A stretch of DNA of 63,884 nucleotides, filler included, from Folioceros fuciformis (GCA_049999805.1; 7 parts of 7 records of this genome joined end to end with filler, not necessarily neighbours in it), one strand, 5' to 3'. Positions 47,687-60,776 are shown, counted from the whole stretch's first letter. The notes: generated by a model from the letters alone, not told the origin. Translations and numbers: made by a program.

Positions 47687-50019
47687 TGTTTCCTCTTGTG
47701 GGTGATTAAATGAAAGTGCACATTTCTCTAGAGCAGAGACATGAGTAATGGGTCTCAAAATCTGTAGCTTGTTACCTCAAATGAAGTCTAATTCACACAT
47801 GGTGAGGCTTGTTGTCTCACAATTCATTCACATGAAACAAAGTGGGCTCTTACACAAAATTCGTCAAGTAGAGTCGAGTGCTCCCAAGGTTAGGAGGGCC
47901 AACATATCCATCTCTTTTTAAGCTTGTTTCCTATTGATGCGTAAGAACTTGAATGTAATCCAACATTAGCTTCACTCCATATTGATAAAATATGTAATGC
48001 AAAGTTTGGAAAGTCATGCTCTTATACTTTTTAATTCTTGATGGAAGTTGCTGTAGTTTTAAAATCTACATCGAGGTTTGTGCCAAGTTGATCAACCATA
48101 GTTTGTCAACCAGAAATATAACAATTAGGAAATTTTTTGCCATTTGATGAACACCTTAATATCATTGCATATTCTATTCTAATAGTTTTAAAATAATTTT
48201 ATGTAGGTGATCAATGCATAAAGTTGCTTTTGTTCTTTTGACTATCGGTGTTATGGGCACAAAGATCGAGGTGAAGAGATGCTTTGATGGCAATCGTGTG
48301 AGGTGAAGCTAGATCTTGTTTTAAGTGGAAAATGGAGTTGATTTTGGCTGTTGTGTGACCTTTGTTTGCCTTATCGAGGGCAAGCTACTTGCCCATGTTG
48401 AGGAGGAGTTCTAAGTAGTGTTGCCTTTGAAGTAGCTATTGTCTTTATATGAGATTGTTGAATGAGAGCACTTGCAACGAAGATTGAACAAGCTCCTTGC
48501 TAGGAGACAAAGGAAGCAGATAAACTACATCACTTCTTCTTTGAATGATTCTTCAAACCTAATGGGCAATTGGCTTCGACCCATTTGTCATTGTTTATAT
48601 GAAGCTACATGAGACTTTGGAAAAGCGCAATGCTTTCAAAGTTTTGTGAGTGTTTTCTCCATGCTTCTTTTTTTGCTAGTGGGACTTCCCAAGGAGAGAT
48701 TTGGATTTCAAACTTATGCTTTGAACAATACTCTTGAGCTCGCACACCTTCAGGCCATCACCTTGTGTCTACATCCTGACAATCAAGTATTCTAAGGTTG
48801 CAAGCCTCCGATTCTCAAATGCATCAGTCTTCTTGAATTTGAATACAACTAGATCATGTGTGAAATGTTGGATATCAAGTGAAGTCAAATTTATCACCAA
48901 TAAGCCAATCAATCTTCAATCAATCCATGGGTTGATACTGATGAGAGCTTCGATGAGCTTTTGTACTGCACTGCCAGTGTAAAGTATGATCTGTTTGATT
49001 TACACTTAGAGCATGCTCCACAGGGTTTTTTTTCACTTACCCTAAATTAGATTGTCATTGCCCTAAATCTTGTCCAACACATAATCCCAAGTCTTGATTC
49101 GAAGTCACCTACTCGATTCGCGAAGTGTTAGGTAGGTACACCACCACGGAATGGATGACGAGATGGGGACCGGCCTTCCGTGGGTGGAAAAAATATGGCG
49201 AGTCCTGCTCGCCTTGCGCTGGTCCCAGTTTGCCCTGTGTGACGCTCCTCACAAAGTTGGCCCGATGGGAGCGAGGTCCCGGGCCCTGTTCTCTTGTCCG
49301 TACGTGAGTGCAGTACGTTTGAAATAAAACCGGGAAATGGAAAGGTCAAGTGGTGCCGCGGAAGAAAATTAATCTCCACCGTGCGATGAACCCGCGCGGG
49401 GAGCCTGGCGCCGTGGGATTGAGCCGATCCGGCGGTCCAGGAGTGCCCGGCTGGATCCTTTGAAACGCAGTAGGAGAGGCTCGCCTCAAGAACATGGCGG
49501 ACGCGAGACAGGCGGAGAATCGTGACGGCGGTCTGCGGAATTTCTGTCCTCGGACTCGGGATCTAATGGAGGAATTGGAAGAGCTGCTTGACGGAGAATT
49601 GGAAGGAAAGGAGGCGGTCACGCAAATTCGGTAGCTGATGGCAGTGGGGGGAAATGCGGGAGGCAACAGTGAGCTTCGGCCTCGGAGCGAAGGACTCGTG
49701 CAACGTCCTGTACTAGAGGAGGAGGCAGGGAGATCGGGAAGCATGGAGAGAGGCTATGGGAGCAGCAGCAGTCTGTGAGCATCTGCTGCTTCTGCGCACA
49801 GGCAGCTTGTGGTGATCAGCGGGGTAGGTGGTTTGCAATTCAGCTCCACCAGAATGGAGGCTCAGAACGATCCGACAAGCTTTTCTCCCGGTCAAGGTTT
49901 GCTTCATCTCCTACCTAGCTTAAGGGAAGGGAGATGGGACGAGTGCTGGTCGCGTTGAGAATTGTTCATGTCTCGTGGCAGGGCATCGACAGTGGTTTGA
50001 CATCAAGGGAGGCGGCGAC

Positions 50020-51946
50020 ATGGTCAATCTCAAGCTCGTCATGGGGCTTGTGCTAGGAATAGGAGTTGCCGTCATCTTGCTCATCATGACAGGAGTGTGC
50101 GTCGTGTTTTGGAGGCTTCGCAAAGGGCCTGAGGACAACTTTGTGGTTGTTTGTGAGTCCGCGGCCGACGAAGAAAGGGAGGATCAGAAGTTGCGTGGTG
50201 AGCACGCGTGGGAATGAAATTCTTTTGAGAAACGGCAATTCGTATTCTGGGAAGGGAAGAATGTCCTTCTGAAATTTGTTGTCTCTGTGTCTGAACGACA
50301 GCATCACAGAAGCAACTTTCTGCGCCAGAGAAACAGAAAGAGGTATCCGGTATCAGGGGAGAGAAGCCCAAGCTTTCGAAAGAGATCCTCCTCCAGGAAC
50401 TGCGGTGCATGAACAAAGGGCGTGGTAAGCAATCGAAGAAATCATCGCGGGAGAAGCTATCTCGGGACATGTCACAAGAGAGAGAATCCGATGTCTGTGA
50501 GGATGCGCACTTACAGGACCTAGAAGCAGGGGGTGCACCTCGATGGAACTTTTATGAGGCTCACTCTTCAACGTATCAGGCTCTGCTTGATCGAAAAGAG
50601 GCACTGAACCCGATGGAAAACGGCGACGTACAGGTCTTCTCTCTAAAGTACCTTCAGATCGCAGCCAACGGCTTTGCAGACCGGAACGTGCTTCTGCAGA
50701 GAAGCTTTTGCCGGGTGTTCAAGGTGAGTCGCTTTTTCGAAAAATTAATCCTTCCTCCACATGTTCAACTCGATCACGAATTTTGTTGGCTCTCCAGGCC
50801 TACTTGATAACGGGGGAGCCTGTGGTAGTGGAGATGTTGTACTGTGGGGGAAGGTTAGAAGCAGACAAGTTCAGGAGGCATGTAGAGACTCTCAGCAGGC
50901 TCCAAAGCCCCTACCTTGTCCGCCTTCTAGGTTACTGCGCTGAAGCTGACCAGCGTCTACTCATCATGGAGTACATGCCAAAGGGGAGCTTGAAAGATCA
51001 ACTCCACGGTAAAGAGTTTTGCACAAGGATTGTCGCTCTGAGACGCACGCTTGTGACGCTACTGACACCGTAGTCTTGAAGCAGGGGCTTCCATCATTCA
51101 GCGGCACGCCCTTACTTGGCAAAGACGCCTTCACATCGCGTACTGTGTTGCCCAGGGTCTAGTCTTTCTGCATGAGACAGTCGAACCCCCAGTGTGCCAC
51201 ATGGATTTAGAGTCGGGCAACATCATGCTGGACTCCTACTACAACGCGAAGGTAAGAGTAACGATCTGAATCTTGAATCAAAGTTGTTTCGTGTGAGGCA
51301 ACTGATGCTCTGTTTCCTTGGTCAACAGCTAGTGGACTTCTGCGTGACTGCACTTTTGGAAGTGGAAACAGGACGAAATATGTCCAACAACGTGCTGGGC
51401 TCATTCACTTACCAAGCCCCAGAGTTCCGAGCAAACGGTGTCCGGACCACCAAGAGTGATGTTTTCAGCTTCGGAGTGGTGATGCTCGAGCTTCTGACGG
51501 GGAGAAAGCCCATTGACACAGAGCGTCCCAAGGGCCAGCAGTCTCTCGTCTCTTGGGTAAAAAGCAGCTACACATTGGCCGCGAACATGTGCCCTTCGGC
51601 GTCAAATCCATCCTTGCTGACATCAGCGTCTGTTCTCTGGCTGCCTCAGGTGCTCCCGCAGATTGAACATCCGCAGCAGCTTCAGAATATGGTGGACCCG
51701 CCTCTCAAGTTCAACGGTGTGGTAGAACCTGACTCGTTTCTGGAGTTCGCACAGATCGCCGGAAAATGCCTGGAGTACGACCCACAGGAGAGGCCCAAGA
51801 TGTCAGAGGTCATGAAGTTGATAACCAAGCTCATCGCCAGGCAAATACCCCATCAGACATCATCCACCGGTAGTGTCAGCAGCTCAGACAGTGCAGCTGC
51901 CCTGGTATGCAGTCGACCTCACTACTGTGAACATCTTCAGACATAA
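50020..51946 (+). CDS. Membrane-anchored RLK/Pelle-family kinase (At3g58690-like), predicted pseudokinase, multi-exon
   Basis: N-terminal TM helix with no ectodomain, VQVFSLKYLQIAANGF, LSRLQSPYLVRLLGYC, YQAPEF and KSDVFSFGVVMLELLTGRKPID. Catalytic motifs are degenerate. Confidence 0.88.
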
Positions 51947-52566
51947 CAAGCAGCCTAGCACGTACTGATGCCCCTCACACTTGTAGGACGATGCGCAGCA
52001 CAGAGCCACCAACAGTGCGGGAGGAAGCGGAAGTGAAGGCAAAAACATGTTGAACTGCGAGTCAGAATCTTCAGACCCGAGTAACAACACGCAAGGGAGC
52101 AACAGAACTGCCCCATACCCACAGAGAAGTACCGCAAACAGCCTGAGAGTCGACCCTGCTCCCTTGAAGATAAGTGGAAACCTGGCTGGGCGAAGGAAGG
52201 CCCAAAAAGGCCTCGAAGGTACGTTCAACAACTCACCACAGGTTCCTCTGAAAACCCGAACGGCATGCCTACTATGCACTGAATTTTGGTACCTAGTTCA
52301 ATGTTTTTGTTGACTCCCCATCCTTCCTCACAGGTAGCAAACACTGGACCTGCAACGAGGAGAGAAGTCCCGGGGGACCTTCGCTGTATAGACCAAGCCA
52401 CTGAACCTCTCACCTATACATGACTCTAAAATAAGCTGCATGTCGGCAGACAGTCTGTAAACTACCATAGCACTTTGGAGGAAATACATCAACGTATAAG
52501 CATGCATGGAATCCACAAACTTTCAGCCTGAAGCAAGCTGACCTTTCTTGTTCCGCCAACAAGCAA

Positions 52567-53034
52567 TCAATGCTTGTGCAGGAAGGCAACGGTAGCGACG
52601 CGGCTCCCCTCCCTTCCTCCAAATCTGAAGACCGGATAGTTACGAATATGATCAATATACTGCAGCGAAGGCCCGTCACCTTCTTTGAAAGAAGCATCAT
52701 CCGATGCCGCTTCCGCCTCTGCTACCAACTCGTCCTTAGTATGGTTGCAGGAGGTGACAACGAACACGCCCCCGGGCGCAAGCAAGCGCAGCACAGACTT
52801 CCAGTAGAGTGAGCAGTGCGCGCGGCCATCGGGGTGTAGCCCGATCGCATCCAGCGTGCCCTTGTCCGTCACCAGCCGGAATTGCCTCTCCAGTTTCGAC
52901 TCCAACACATCGTCCACGAGGAAGATAAGGGTGTCCAGCCCCTTCCGATCCGCCACGGCCCGGGCCAGCTCCACGGCGCCATCGCTGTAGTCCGTGCCGG
53001 TAAGATCTGTAAACCCTTGCTTCGCCAGTGCGTG
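52567..53034 (-). CDS. METTL10: eEF1A lysine methyltransferase 2 (Efm4/See1 family), 5' end cut by spacer
   Basis: LAKQGFTDLTGTDYSDGAVELA, DKGTLDAIGL, VVTSCNHTKDEL and YPVFRFGGREGS. Confidence 0.9.
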   Translation of the reverse strand, partial: HALAKQGFTDLTGTDYSDGAVELARAVADRKGLDTLIFLVDDVLESKLERQFRLVTDKGTLDAIGLHPDGRAHCSLYWKSVLRLLAPGGVFVVTSCNHTKDELVAEAEAASDDASFKEGDGPSLQYIDHIRNYPVFRFGGREGSRVATVAFLHKH

Positions 53035-53134
53035 NNNNNNNNNNNNNNNNNNNNNNNNNNNNNNNNNNNNNNNNNNNNTTAATTAATTAANNNNNNNNNN
53101 NNNNNNNNNNNNNNNNNNNNNNNNNNNNNNNNNN
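53035..53134. other. Artificial contig spacer
   Basis: N44-TTAATTAATTAA-N44. Confidence 0.97.
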
Positions 53135-53891
53135 GGCATTTTCTCAAACCTTGTGGCAAGGACGATCTTCTCATACACCTCGAGAGGCAAATCTGTTCTC
53201 GATCATGAGCTTCGCAACAAGAGATGCCCCATGCCCTTGCCCGCCTATTCCTCGCGAGACGTGGCAGACACCACAAACACCTCGCAAGAAGATAAGATGA
53301 GCGACAGCGCAGGAGGCTTGGGGAGAAAATAAGTGAAAGGATGTGGAGGCTTTCAACCTGAAAAATAGATGAAGAAAAATCCCATAAAACCGTGTTGACC
53401 AACTCTTGTTGGAAGGTGATGGCAATCTTCGCTCGTGAAGCCGTGTTGGCCATTGTCTTGGGCAAGGCGATGGACAGCCGTCACCTGCAAAGTTACACGC
53501 CTTGATAAACCTAGAAAATGCTTTGCCCATTCTCCCTTGATGACGAGGGAATGAAAATATCCAGGCCTTAGAAACCTTGCTATGGTCCATCCCACTACTA
53601 CCCACCTTGCAGGATTGAGAAGCTTGAGGCCATGAACCCTACTCTTCAGCAAGGGAACTTAACAACAACTTCTCAACTTAAAAACAACTTGTCTCCCCAC
53701 CTATTTAGGTCCTACATTGTTCGTCTGTGGTAGGCTTTCCTTATTCCTCTATCTTTGATATTTTTTTTTAGGCCTTTTCCAATCTTCTTTTTATGTTCTT
53801 CCTCTCCTAAGATAAGATGTCATGGCTAGAGATGGAGATAGTGAAAAGCCACCTTGGGATTGGTCTCCTTTTTTATGTCACACATTCCTTA

Positions 53892-54222
53892 GCCACCACT
53901 CAGCTACCTAAAGTGGAGTGTTGATAATGAAAAATGACATATTCATAAATAGGGCCACCACTCAGCTACCTAAAGTGGAGTGTTGATAATAAAAAATGAC
54001 ATATTCATAAATAGAGTCCGTAATAGGATTTGTGATATACTCACAAAAAGAGAGTTCCTAGTAGGATCTATGATGATAATGACTTGCTCATAGATACCTA
54101 GAGTCCTACTAGCCCTACTTAGGGATATGTGATAATGACTTGTTCATACATAGATAGTCTTACTAGCCCTACTAGGATATGTGATGATAATGACTTGTTC
54201 ATAGATATAGATAGAGGGCCAC
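53892..54222. repeat. Degenerate tandem array of roughly 55-62 bp units
   Basis: Two near-identical 62-bp units start at 53892 and 53954. Related units with core GATAATGACTTGTTCATA and CTACTAGCCCTACT follow. Confidence 0.85.
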
Positions 54223-54868
54223 ATAGACACAACCACATTTGCAACACAATTTTTTTCACCCCTATTTAAAAAAAGACTGGAATATATGTAGCTGTGTCTC
54301 TACGAGCGTCTTAATCCATAATCACCTCTTTGCCGAGGAGAAAAAGTGAAGGTACGTGATCAAAACGCTTTAAAAGAGTCTATTCCTCCAGTATGCTGTT
54401 CTCTGAATGGGATGGAAGTCTCAAATTGAGTTCCGTGGGCGATCCTGATTTAATGATCGTGGAGCTGCCATGTCGTTCAGCGTCGCTTCAACAATCCGGT
54501 GTGATCTCTGGTGGAAGCTTTGAACAGCTTTCTTTGTTCCGCGGGTAGTGTGCAAACAATGGAAACATCCCATTCAAGGCATCCGAATTTGATGGTCTTT
54601 CCGACTATCGCAGGGAGCGGATTGCTGTAAGGTGTTGAAGGATCTCCGACTCACGCACATACAACTAAAAGCTTGGGTTACCATGTCGTTTCCAGGTCTA
54701 GTCAGGCTCGGTCCTAGCAGCTTGCTTGATCCTCAGTTTGGAAGATCCGCTGCGGGGTACGAGATTCAACAAACGGGAGAGACATTCAATATGCATCGAG
54801 ATGCCCGGCACTTTGCCTGTCGATTGTTTAGGTCAGGGGCATTCCGGTGAAATTGAAACACGCACCTG

Positions 54869-57800
54869 ATGAGGAAAGGTGGCAAAGTTGGGGGCCATTC
54901 GATTGTTGGAAATAGGTCCAGTCATCTAAGCAGAGCAGGGGAGAGATGGTGGAGATACTTGTCGTCCTTGCGGGCTGCAGCGGAACCGTGCACAGTAGTG
55001 GAGTTGACTTCCACTAGTCGTGACTCAGCTCATGAATTTGGGAAGGGGGCATTGTGGATTGAGTCCCAACTCGCGTGGGTTCAAGGAAAGCTTCTAACCG
55101 CACGAAGTGCCGGTGTTGCCCTAGCTCGGAATCGTCCTGTCCTCCATACAGCAAGTCAACATGAGCAGTTGGAGAGGTAGATTTCTTTCCCCTGTTCCTC
55201 AAGCTCTCTCTGGACGTGCAGAAATGTGTGATGACACTCGCCTGGCCTTGCCTGTCCAGAATGTGGAGTCCGTCACAAGTCGGGACTTGGAGCAAGTTAT
55301 CCGAAGAGGGGCAGCTCAATGACGCTGTGGAGGCCTTACATGTTCTCGTGGGGCAAGGATCGTATGTACCTGATGCAGCTTTCTACCGTTTGCTCAAAGG
55401 CTGCATCCTGGAGAAGAATCTCACTGTTGGCAAACGTGTTCATGCTCTTACTGTCGACAGTGGCTATGAGTGCACGACGTTCTTGGCTAACCACTTCATC
55501 CGCATGTATGCTTCCCATGTCAGGCTGGAGGACGCCATGGCAGTGTTCTCCAAACTGGCCACACCCAACGTCTTCTCCTGGTTTTACGTCATATCGGCAC
55601 ATGTCGAGCATGGACAGCCAGGGAATGCCGTACGACTGTATCAACAGATGCGACGGTCTTCTGTGACGCCTAACAATCATGTATTTGTTGCAGCCCTGAG
55701 GGCATGTGCAACTACTGCCGACTTGGAATCTGGGAAGCAGGTCCATGCTGATGTGCTGGGGAGTAAGGTCAAGCCTGACTTGTTTGTTGGCAATTCTTTG
55801 GTGGACATGTATGCAAAATGTGGGAGCTTGGAGGATGCCATCCAAGTATTTGACAGTTTGAAGGCCAAAACTGTCGTGACGTGGACTTCCATGATTGCGG
55901 GCTACGTGGAACATGGGCGTTGTAGAGAAGCTCTTTCTTTGTATGCCCGTATGCAACAAGAGGACAGCATGTTAGCAAATCATGTCACATTTTCGTGCCT
56001 CCTGAAAGCATGTGCGAACACTGGAGCTTTGCTTGAAGGAAAAGAACTTCATACTCAGATTCAGGAACGAGGACTCGAAGCAGATGTTGTGATTGGGAGC
56101 AGCTTGGTTGACATGTATGTTAAATGTGGAAGTGTTGACGATGCAAGGAAGGTGTTTGACAGGTTGCACACCAAGGATATTGTGACGTGGACTGCAATGA
56201 TTGGAGGCTATGTCCAGTGTGGGCTTGGTCCGGAAGCTTTGAACCTCTATACAAGCATGCAGCAGAAGGGCCTTGCTGTAGCTAACAGTTTTACATTTGC
56301 ATCTCTCTTGAAGGCATGCGTCAGCATAGGGGATCTACATCAAGGGAAAGAGCTTCATCTTGAGATTTGTAAAAGCGGGCTGGAAGATGATGTGGTTGTG
56401 GGCCGGAGCCTAGTGGGCATGTATGCCAAGTGCGGCAGCTTAAATGATGCCCGGTACATGTTTGAAAGACTACCAGCACGAGACGCAGCCACATGGACTG
56501 CCATGATTGCAGGGTGCGCTCAACGGGGACTCGCTCAAGAAGCCTTTTCCCTGTTTGCGAGTATGCAACGTGAGGGATTGGGTCCAGCTAGTAGTGGCAC
56601 GTTTGCATGCCTTCTGAAAGTATGTGCCAGCAGTGGTGCCCTACGTGAAGGGAAGGAACTCCATCGTCAGATTCAGGCACAGGGCCTGGAGACGGATCTA
56701 GTTGTTGGCAGCTCTCTGGTAGACATGTACGCCAAATGTGGGAGCCTCAAAGATGCACGTGATGTGTTTGACAGAATGCCTGCAAGAAATGCGATGACCT
56801 GGAATGCTATTTTAGCAGGATATGCTCAGAACGGCCTTGGGCAAGAAGCCCTCACTGCTTTTGCTGATGGGGAGCAGGAGGCAAGTGAGTTAGCTGATCA
56901 TGTTACGTTGGCAATACTCCTCAGAGCCTGTGCTAGTTTGGGAGCTCTACAGCACGGTAAGGAGCTGCATCTGAAGGTCAAAGAGAGAGGGTTTGAACTG
57001 GACATGGCAGTAGGCACTGCCCTGGTGGACATGTATGCAAAATGTGGTAGTATAGAGGATGCTCGAAGCGTATTTGACAGTTTACCTGCCAAGGATGTTG
57101 TAGCATGGAATGCTATGATGACAGGGTATGTTCAACATGGGCTTCGTCAAGAGGCTCTCACCCTGTTTGCAGGTATGCCACCAGGCATAAGTCCTAATGG
57201 GGTTACATTTATGTGCCTCTTGAAAGCGTGTGCTGGTATTGGTGACATACGTGCAGGCAAGGATCTTCATCTGCAGATCGAGACACATGGGCTGGAAGCT
57301 GACATCGCTGTGAGCAATGGCCTGGTCGACATGTATGCAAAATGTGGTAGTTTAGAGGATGCTCGTAGAGTGTTCGAAAGGATGCAGGCAAGAGATGGCG
57401 TGACATGGAATTCTTTGATCGCAGGGTATGCACAGCAAGGGCTCGGCAGAGAAGCTCTTAGTCTTTACAGACGGATGCAATCCGAGGCCATTACGTTAGC
57501 TGATAGTTTTACGTATGTTTGCCTCCTGAATGCATGCGCTCGCATGGGCGACTTACAGGAGGGTAGGGAGCTGCATCTTCAGCTGCAAGAAAGGGGGCTA
57601 GAAGCTGACGTGGTGGTTGGTAGCAGTGTGGTGGACATGTATGCAAAATGTGGTAGCTTAGAAGATGCTCGCAGAGTGTTTGACAGACTGCCTGCCAGAG
57701 ACTTGGTGACGTGGAATACCATGATCGCGGGATATGTTCAGCAAGGGCTTGGTCAAGAAGCTCTGACTCTTTATGCACGCATGGAGATGGAGGGTATAAG

Positions 57801-58923
57801 ACCTTCTGACGCTGTGACATTCGTGTGTCTCCTGAAAGCCTGTGCTAGTGTAGGAGCTTTACATCAGGGGAAGGAGCTTCATTTACAGATACAGGAAAGA
57901 GGGCTGGAAGCCGATGAGTTTGTTGGCAGCAGCCTAGTGGACATGTATGCCAAATGTGCCACTGTTGAGGATGCCCGCAAGGTATTCGACCGTCTCCCTA
58001 CAAAGAACGTGGTAACATGGACGACTCTACTTAATGGTTATGCTGAACATAACGACGGCAGAATGGGGATCCAGTGTTTCCACGAAATGGAGCAGCATGG
58101 CATCAAGCCTGATGGTGCTGCTTTCCTTTCCCTTCTTGTTGCATGCAGTCACGCTGGACTGGTGGATGAGGGTCAGCAGTATTTTGGCCGCATGGTGCAG
58201 GAACATGGGATCACACCTGGGATTCATCACTACGCTTGCATGGTTGACATTCTTGGGCGAGCAGGGCGTCTTGATGACGCAGAGAAGTTGTTGTACTCAA
58301 TGCCCTTCGAGAAGGACGTGGTGGGGTGGAGAGCCTTGTTGAATGCCTGCAAAAGCCATGGAGATACCAAGCGTGGTGCACGATGCTTTGATCATCTTAT
58401 AAAACTGGAGCCTGAAAACGCAGCAGCGTATGTGCTACTTGGAAATCTGTATGCAGATGCAGGCATGTGGAAGGACGTGGAGAGGGTAGAGAACCTGAGG
58501 AAGAGTTCAGGTGCATTCAAGAAGGCTGCAAGGGCCTGGATTGAGGTGAACAGTCAGGTTCACACATTCGTTGTGGGAGAAGACAGGGACGACACTGCCG
58601 TCAAGCTAAGCAGCTTGAATAGTATGTTGAAGGATGATGGGGGCCATGTGCCACACACGCATTTGGTGCGAAAACGAGTTTCTGAAAGAGAGAAGGAAGA
58701 CGCGTTATGTGGACATGCTGAGAAGCTGGCTTTGGCATATGGGCTGCTGAACACCACTCAAGGAACACCGTTGCTAGTCACCAAAAATCTTCGCATGTGC
58801 AATGATTGCCATAGTGGTACCAAAGTCCTGTCGCGGATAGAAAAACGGGAGATTATAGTCAGAGATGCCCATCGTGTTCACCAATTTGTGAACGGCTTTT
58901 GTTCTTGCGGAGATGGCTTCTGA
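54869..58923 (+). CDS. PLS-class PPR protein with variant DYW:KP (GRP-like) deaminase domain; exons 54869-55176 and 55260-58923
   Basis: About 29 PPR motifs with 36-aa P variants, E1/E2, then KKAARAWIEV...GGHVP...EKEDALCGHAEKLALAYGLLNT...LLVTKNLRMCNDCH...CSCGDGF*. An 83-nt phase-2 intron joins a targeting-like first exon. Confidence 0.93.
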
Positions 58924-58993
58924 GAAGTGACAGGATGAGAAATAGGATCCCACTAACTGAGCTGGCTGCCTGGCATGTGGGCTGCACGTTCCT

Positions 58994-59093
58994 NNNNNNN
59001 NNNNNNNNNNNNNNNNNNNNNNNNNNNNNNNNNNNNNTTAATTAATTAANNNNNNNNNNNNNNNNNNNNNNNNNNNNNNNNNNNNNNNNNNNN
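58994..59093. other. Artificial contig spacer
   Basis: N44-TTAATTAATTAA-N44. Confidence 0.97.
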
Positions 59094-60745
59094 ATTTGGA
59101 GTCGATTGCCCTGCGGCCCGGTGGGAGCTCTTCAAGTATCCAGGTTTTGTTTTCCACGAGGGAAGCATATTCTTCGTTTGCAGCTTTGATCCATTTGTCC
59201 TTCTCTGGACTGTTCATGGCCTCATCCCAATTGAGCGTCCCTGAGACTTCTGATGCTGCTATAGCAATTTGTGCTAAATGTCCCGGATCAGTCTTCATTG
59301 TGGAGTCACTGTCCTGATGAGAGCTAAGAGCCGACACAGTTGCGATTGCAGTACTTGGTTCATTATTGTTCCAATAATCTGAAGGACTAAACGGGGGCTG
59401 TACCCATTCTTGCCTGTTTCTAGTGTGGTGTCTGGAAGACCTCCTTAGAGGAGGTAATTCGAGTTCAGGTACTTTGGACTTCTAATCAGTAGGTGTAGCA
59501 TCAGTGACATCATCATCAGGTGAATCTTTGTGGTTAGTTTGTTGAGCTGAATAATCTCTTTGATTCATAAACTCAGTAGTCTCAGAATCCATGTCAATTT
59601 TGGGGGGTGCGGCTGATGGTATAGTCGCAGATGGTGTATTGACAGTGGGTGAAACTGTCGTAGGTACTGTAGTGGTCGTTGAAGCGGCAATTGAAGATTG
59701 TACTCCCTCTGAGTTTGAAAGAGGTAAGATGTCTGTAGATAGTGACTGCAATAATTCTCCCCTAGGCTCGTGCACATCAGCAGGTTCAAAATGTACATAG
59801 GTTGATTCCGTAGACTGAGCCTAATGGGGCTGAAGTACTACGGCTTCGTTGACAAGCACGCTACGTGCGAACCGAGGGGTGTGTGTGGTAGGATGTAGCA
59901 ACTTGTAAGCCTTCATGACTTCCATGTATCTAACAAGTAAATACTGCTTAGATCTAGCGTCAAACTTTGAACGCAAAGCGGATGGGACATACACATAGCT
60001 GGGTGACCCGAACACACAAATGTGTGCTAAGGAAGGCTTAAGGCCAGTCCATAAGGTAAATGGAATCTGACCACCGATAGCCACAGAGGGTAACCGATTG
60101 AGAATGTAATTGGCTATATCAATTGCCTCTGCCCAGTAGTGTTTGCTTAAACCAGCCTGCAGTAGCATTGTGTGTGCGTAATACTGTAGGACTTGATGTT
60201 TATTTTCAGCCACCCCGTTCATGGTAGAGGAGTGTGGAATTGTAACCTGTTTGACGATACCACGCTCTGAGCAGAATGCAACGAATGTGTTGGAGTTTAA
60301 TTCGCCAGCGCCCTCTGTGCGTAACTGTTTGAGTGAACGCTCTGTTTGTCTTTTTGCCATTGACAGATACTCTTGAAAAATCTGAAGCGCTTGGCTTTTC
60401 TTTTGTAGAAAGTAAGTGAAGGTCATTCGCGAGTAGTCATCAACAAATGGCATAAAATAGATGGAGCCTTCGAAGGAAGGTGTCGAGATAGGTCCGCATA
60501 GATCTGTGTGTACAAGATCTAGCGGCGCTGAGGCTCTATATGAAGACATCTTAGAATAAGGTGTTTGCTTAATTTTGCCTTTTGCACAAGCATCACATAA
60601 CGCAATATCTGTCAAGGTGGGCATCTTATGCCGGTAGAGGTTCTTGTTGGACAGTTCAGCAAGTCGTTTATTGCTCACGTGGCCAAGCCTGGCATGCCAG
60701 AGCACGGAGGGGTCTACGAGACCCTGACTTGCTTGTGAAGTGACT
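59094..60745 (-). mobile_element. Ty1/copia retrotransposon pol fragment (GAG-pre-integrase, integrase, start of RT), inactivated
   Basis: LWHARLGH...CDAC, LVHTDLCGP, FVDDYSR, NGVAE, WAEAI, then WDEAM...EYASLVENKTWIL...AIDSKW. One frame with in-frame TAG stops at 59821 and 59482. Confidence 0.95.
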
Positions 60746-60776
60746 AGGGTTTAAACCCTAAACCCTAAACCCTAAA
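60745..60776. repeat. Short interstitial telomere-type repeat with inverted junction
   Basis: TAGGGTTT followed immediately by (AAACCCT)3AAA. Confidence 0.8.

Noticed and set aside
47800-49060. Possible transposase relic and Harbinger-like end TTA-GAGCATGCTCCA near 49007
   Set aside because: No matching second terminus or identifiable catalytic motif.
53135-53660. Overlapping minus-strand ORFs next to the spacer
   Set aside because: No recognisable homology and no frame stands out as coding.
53892-54222. CRISPR-like repeat and spacer pattern upstream of the PPR gene
   Set aside because: The variable parts are themselves duplicated, so this is a decaying tandem array.
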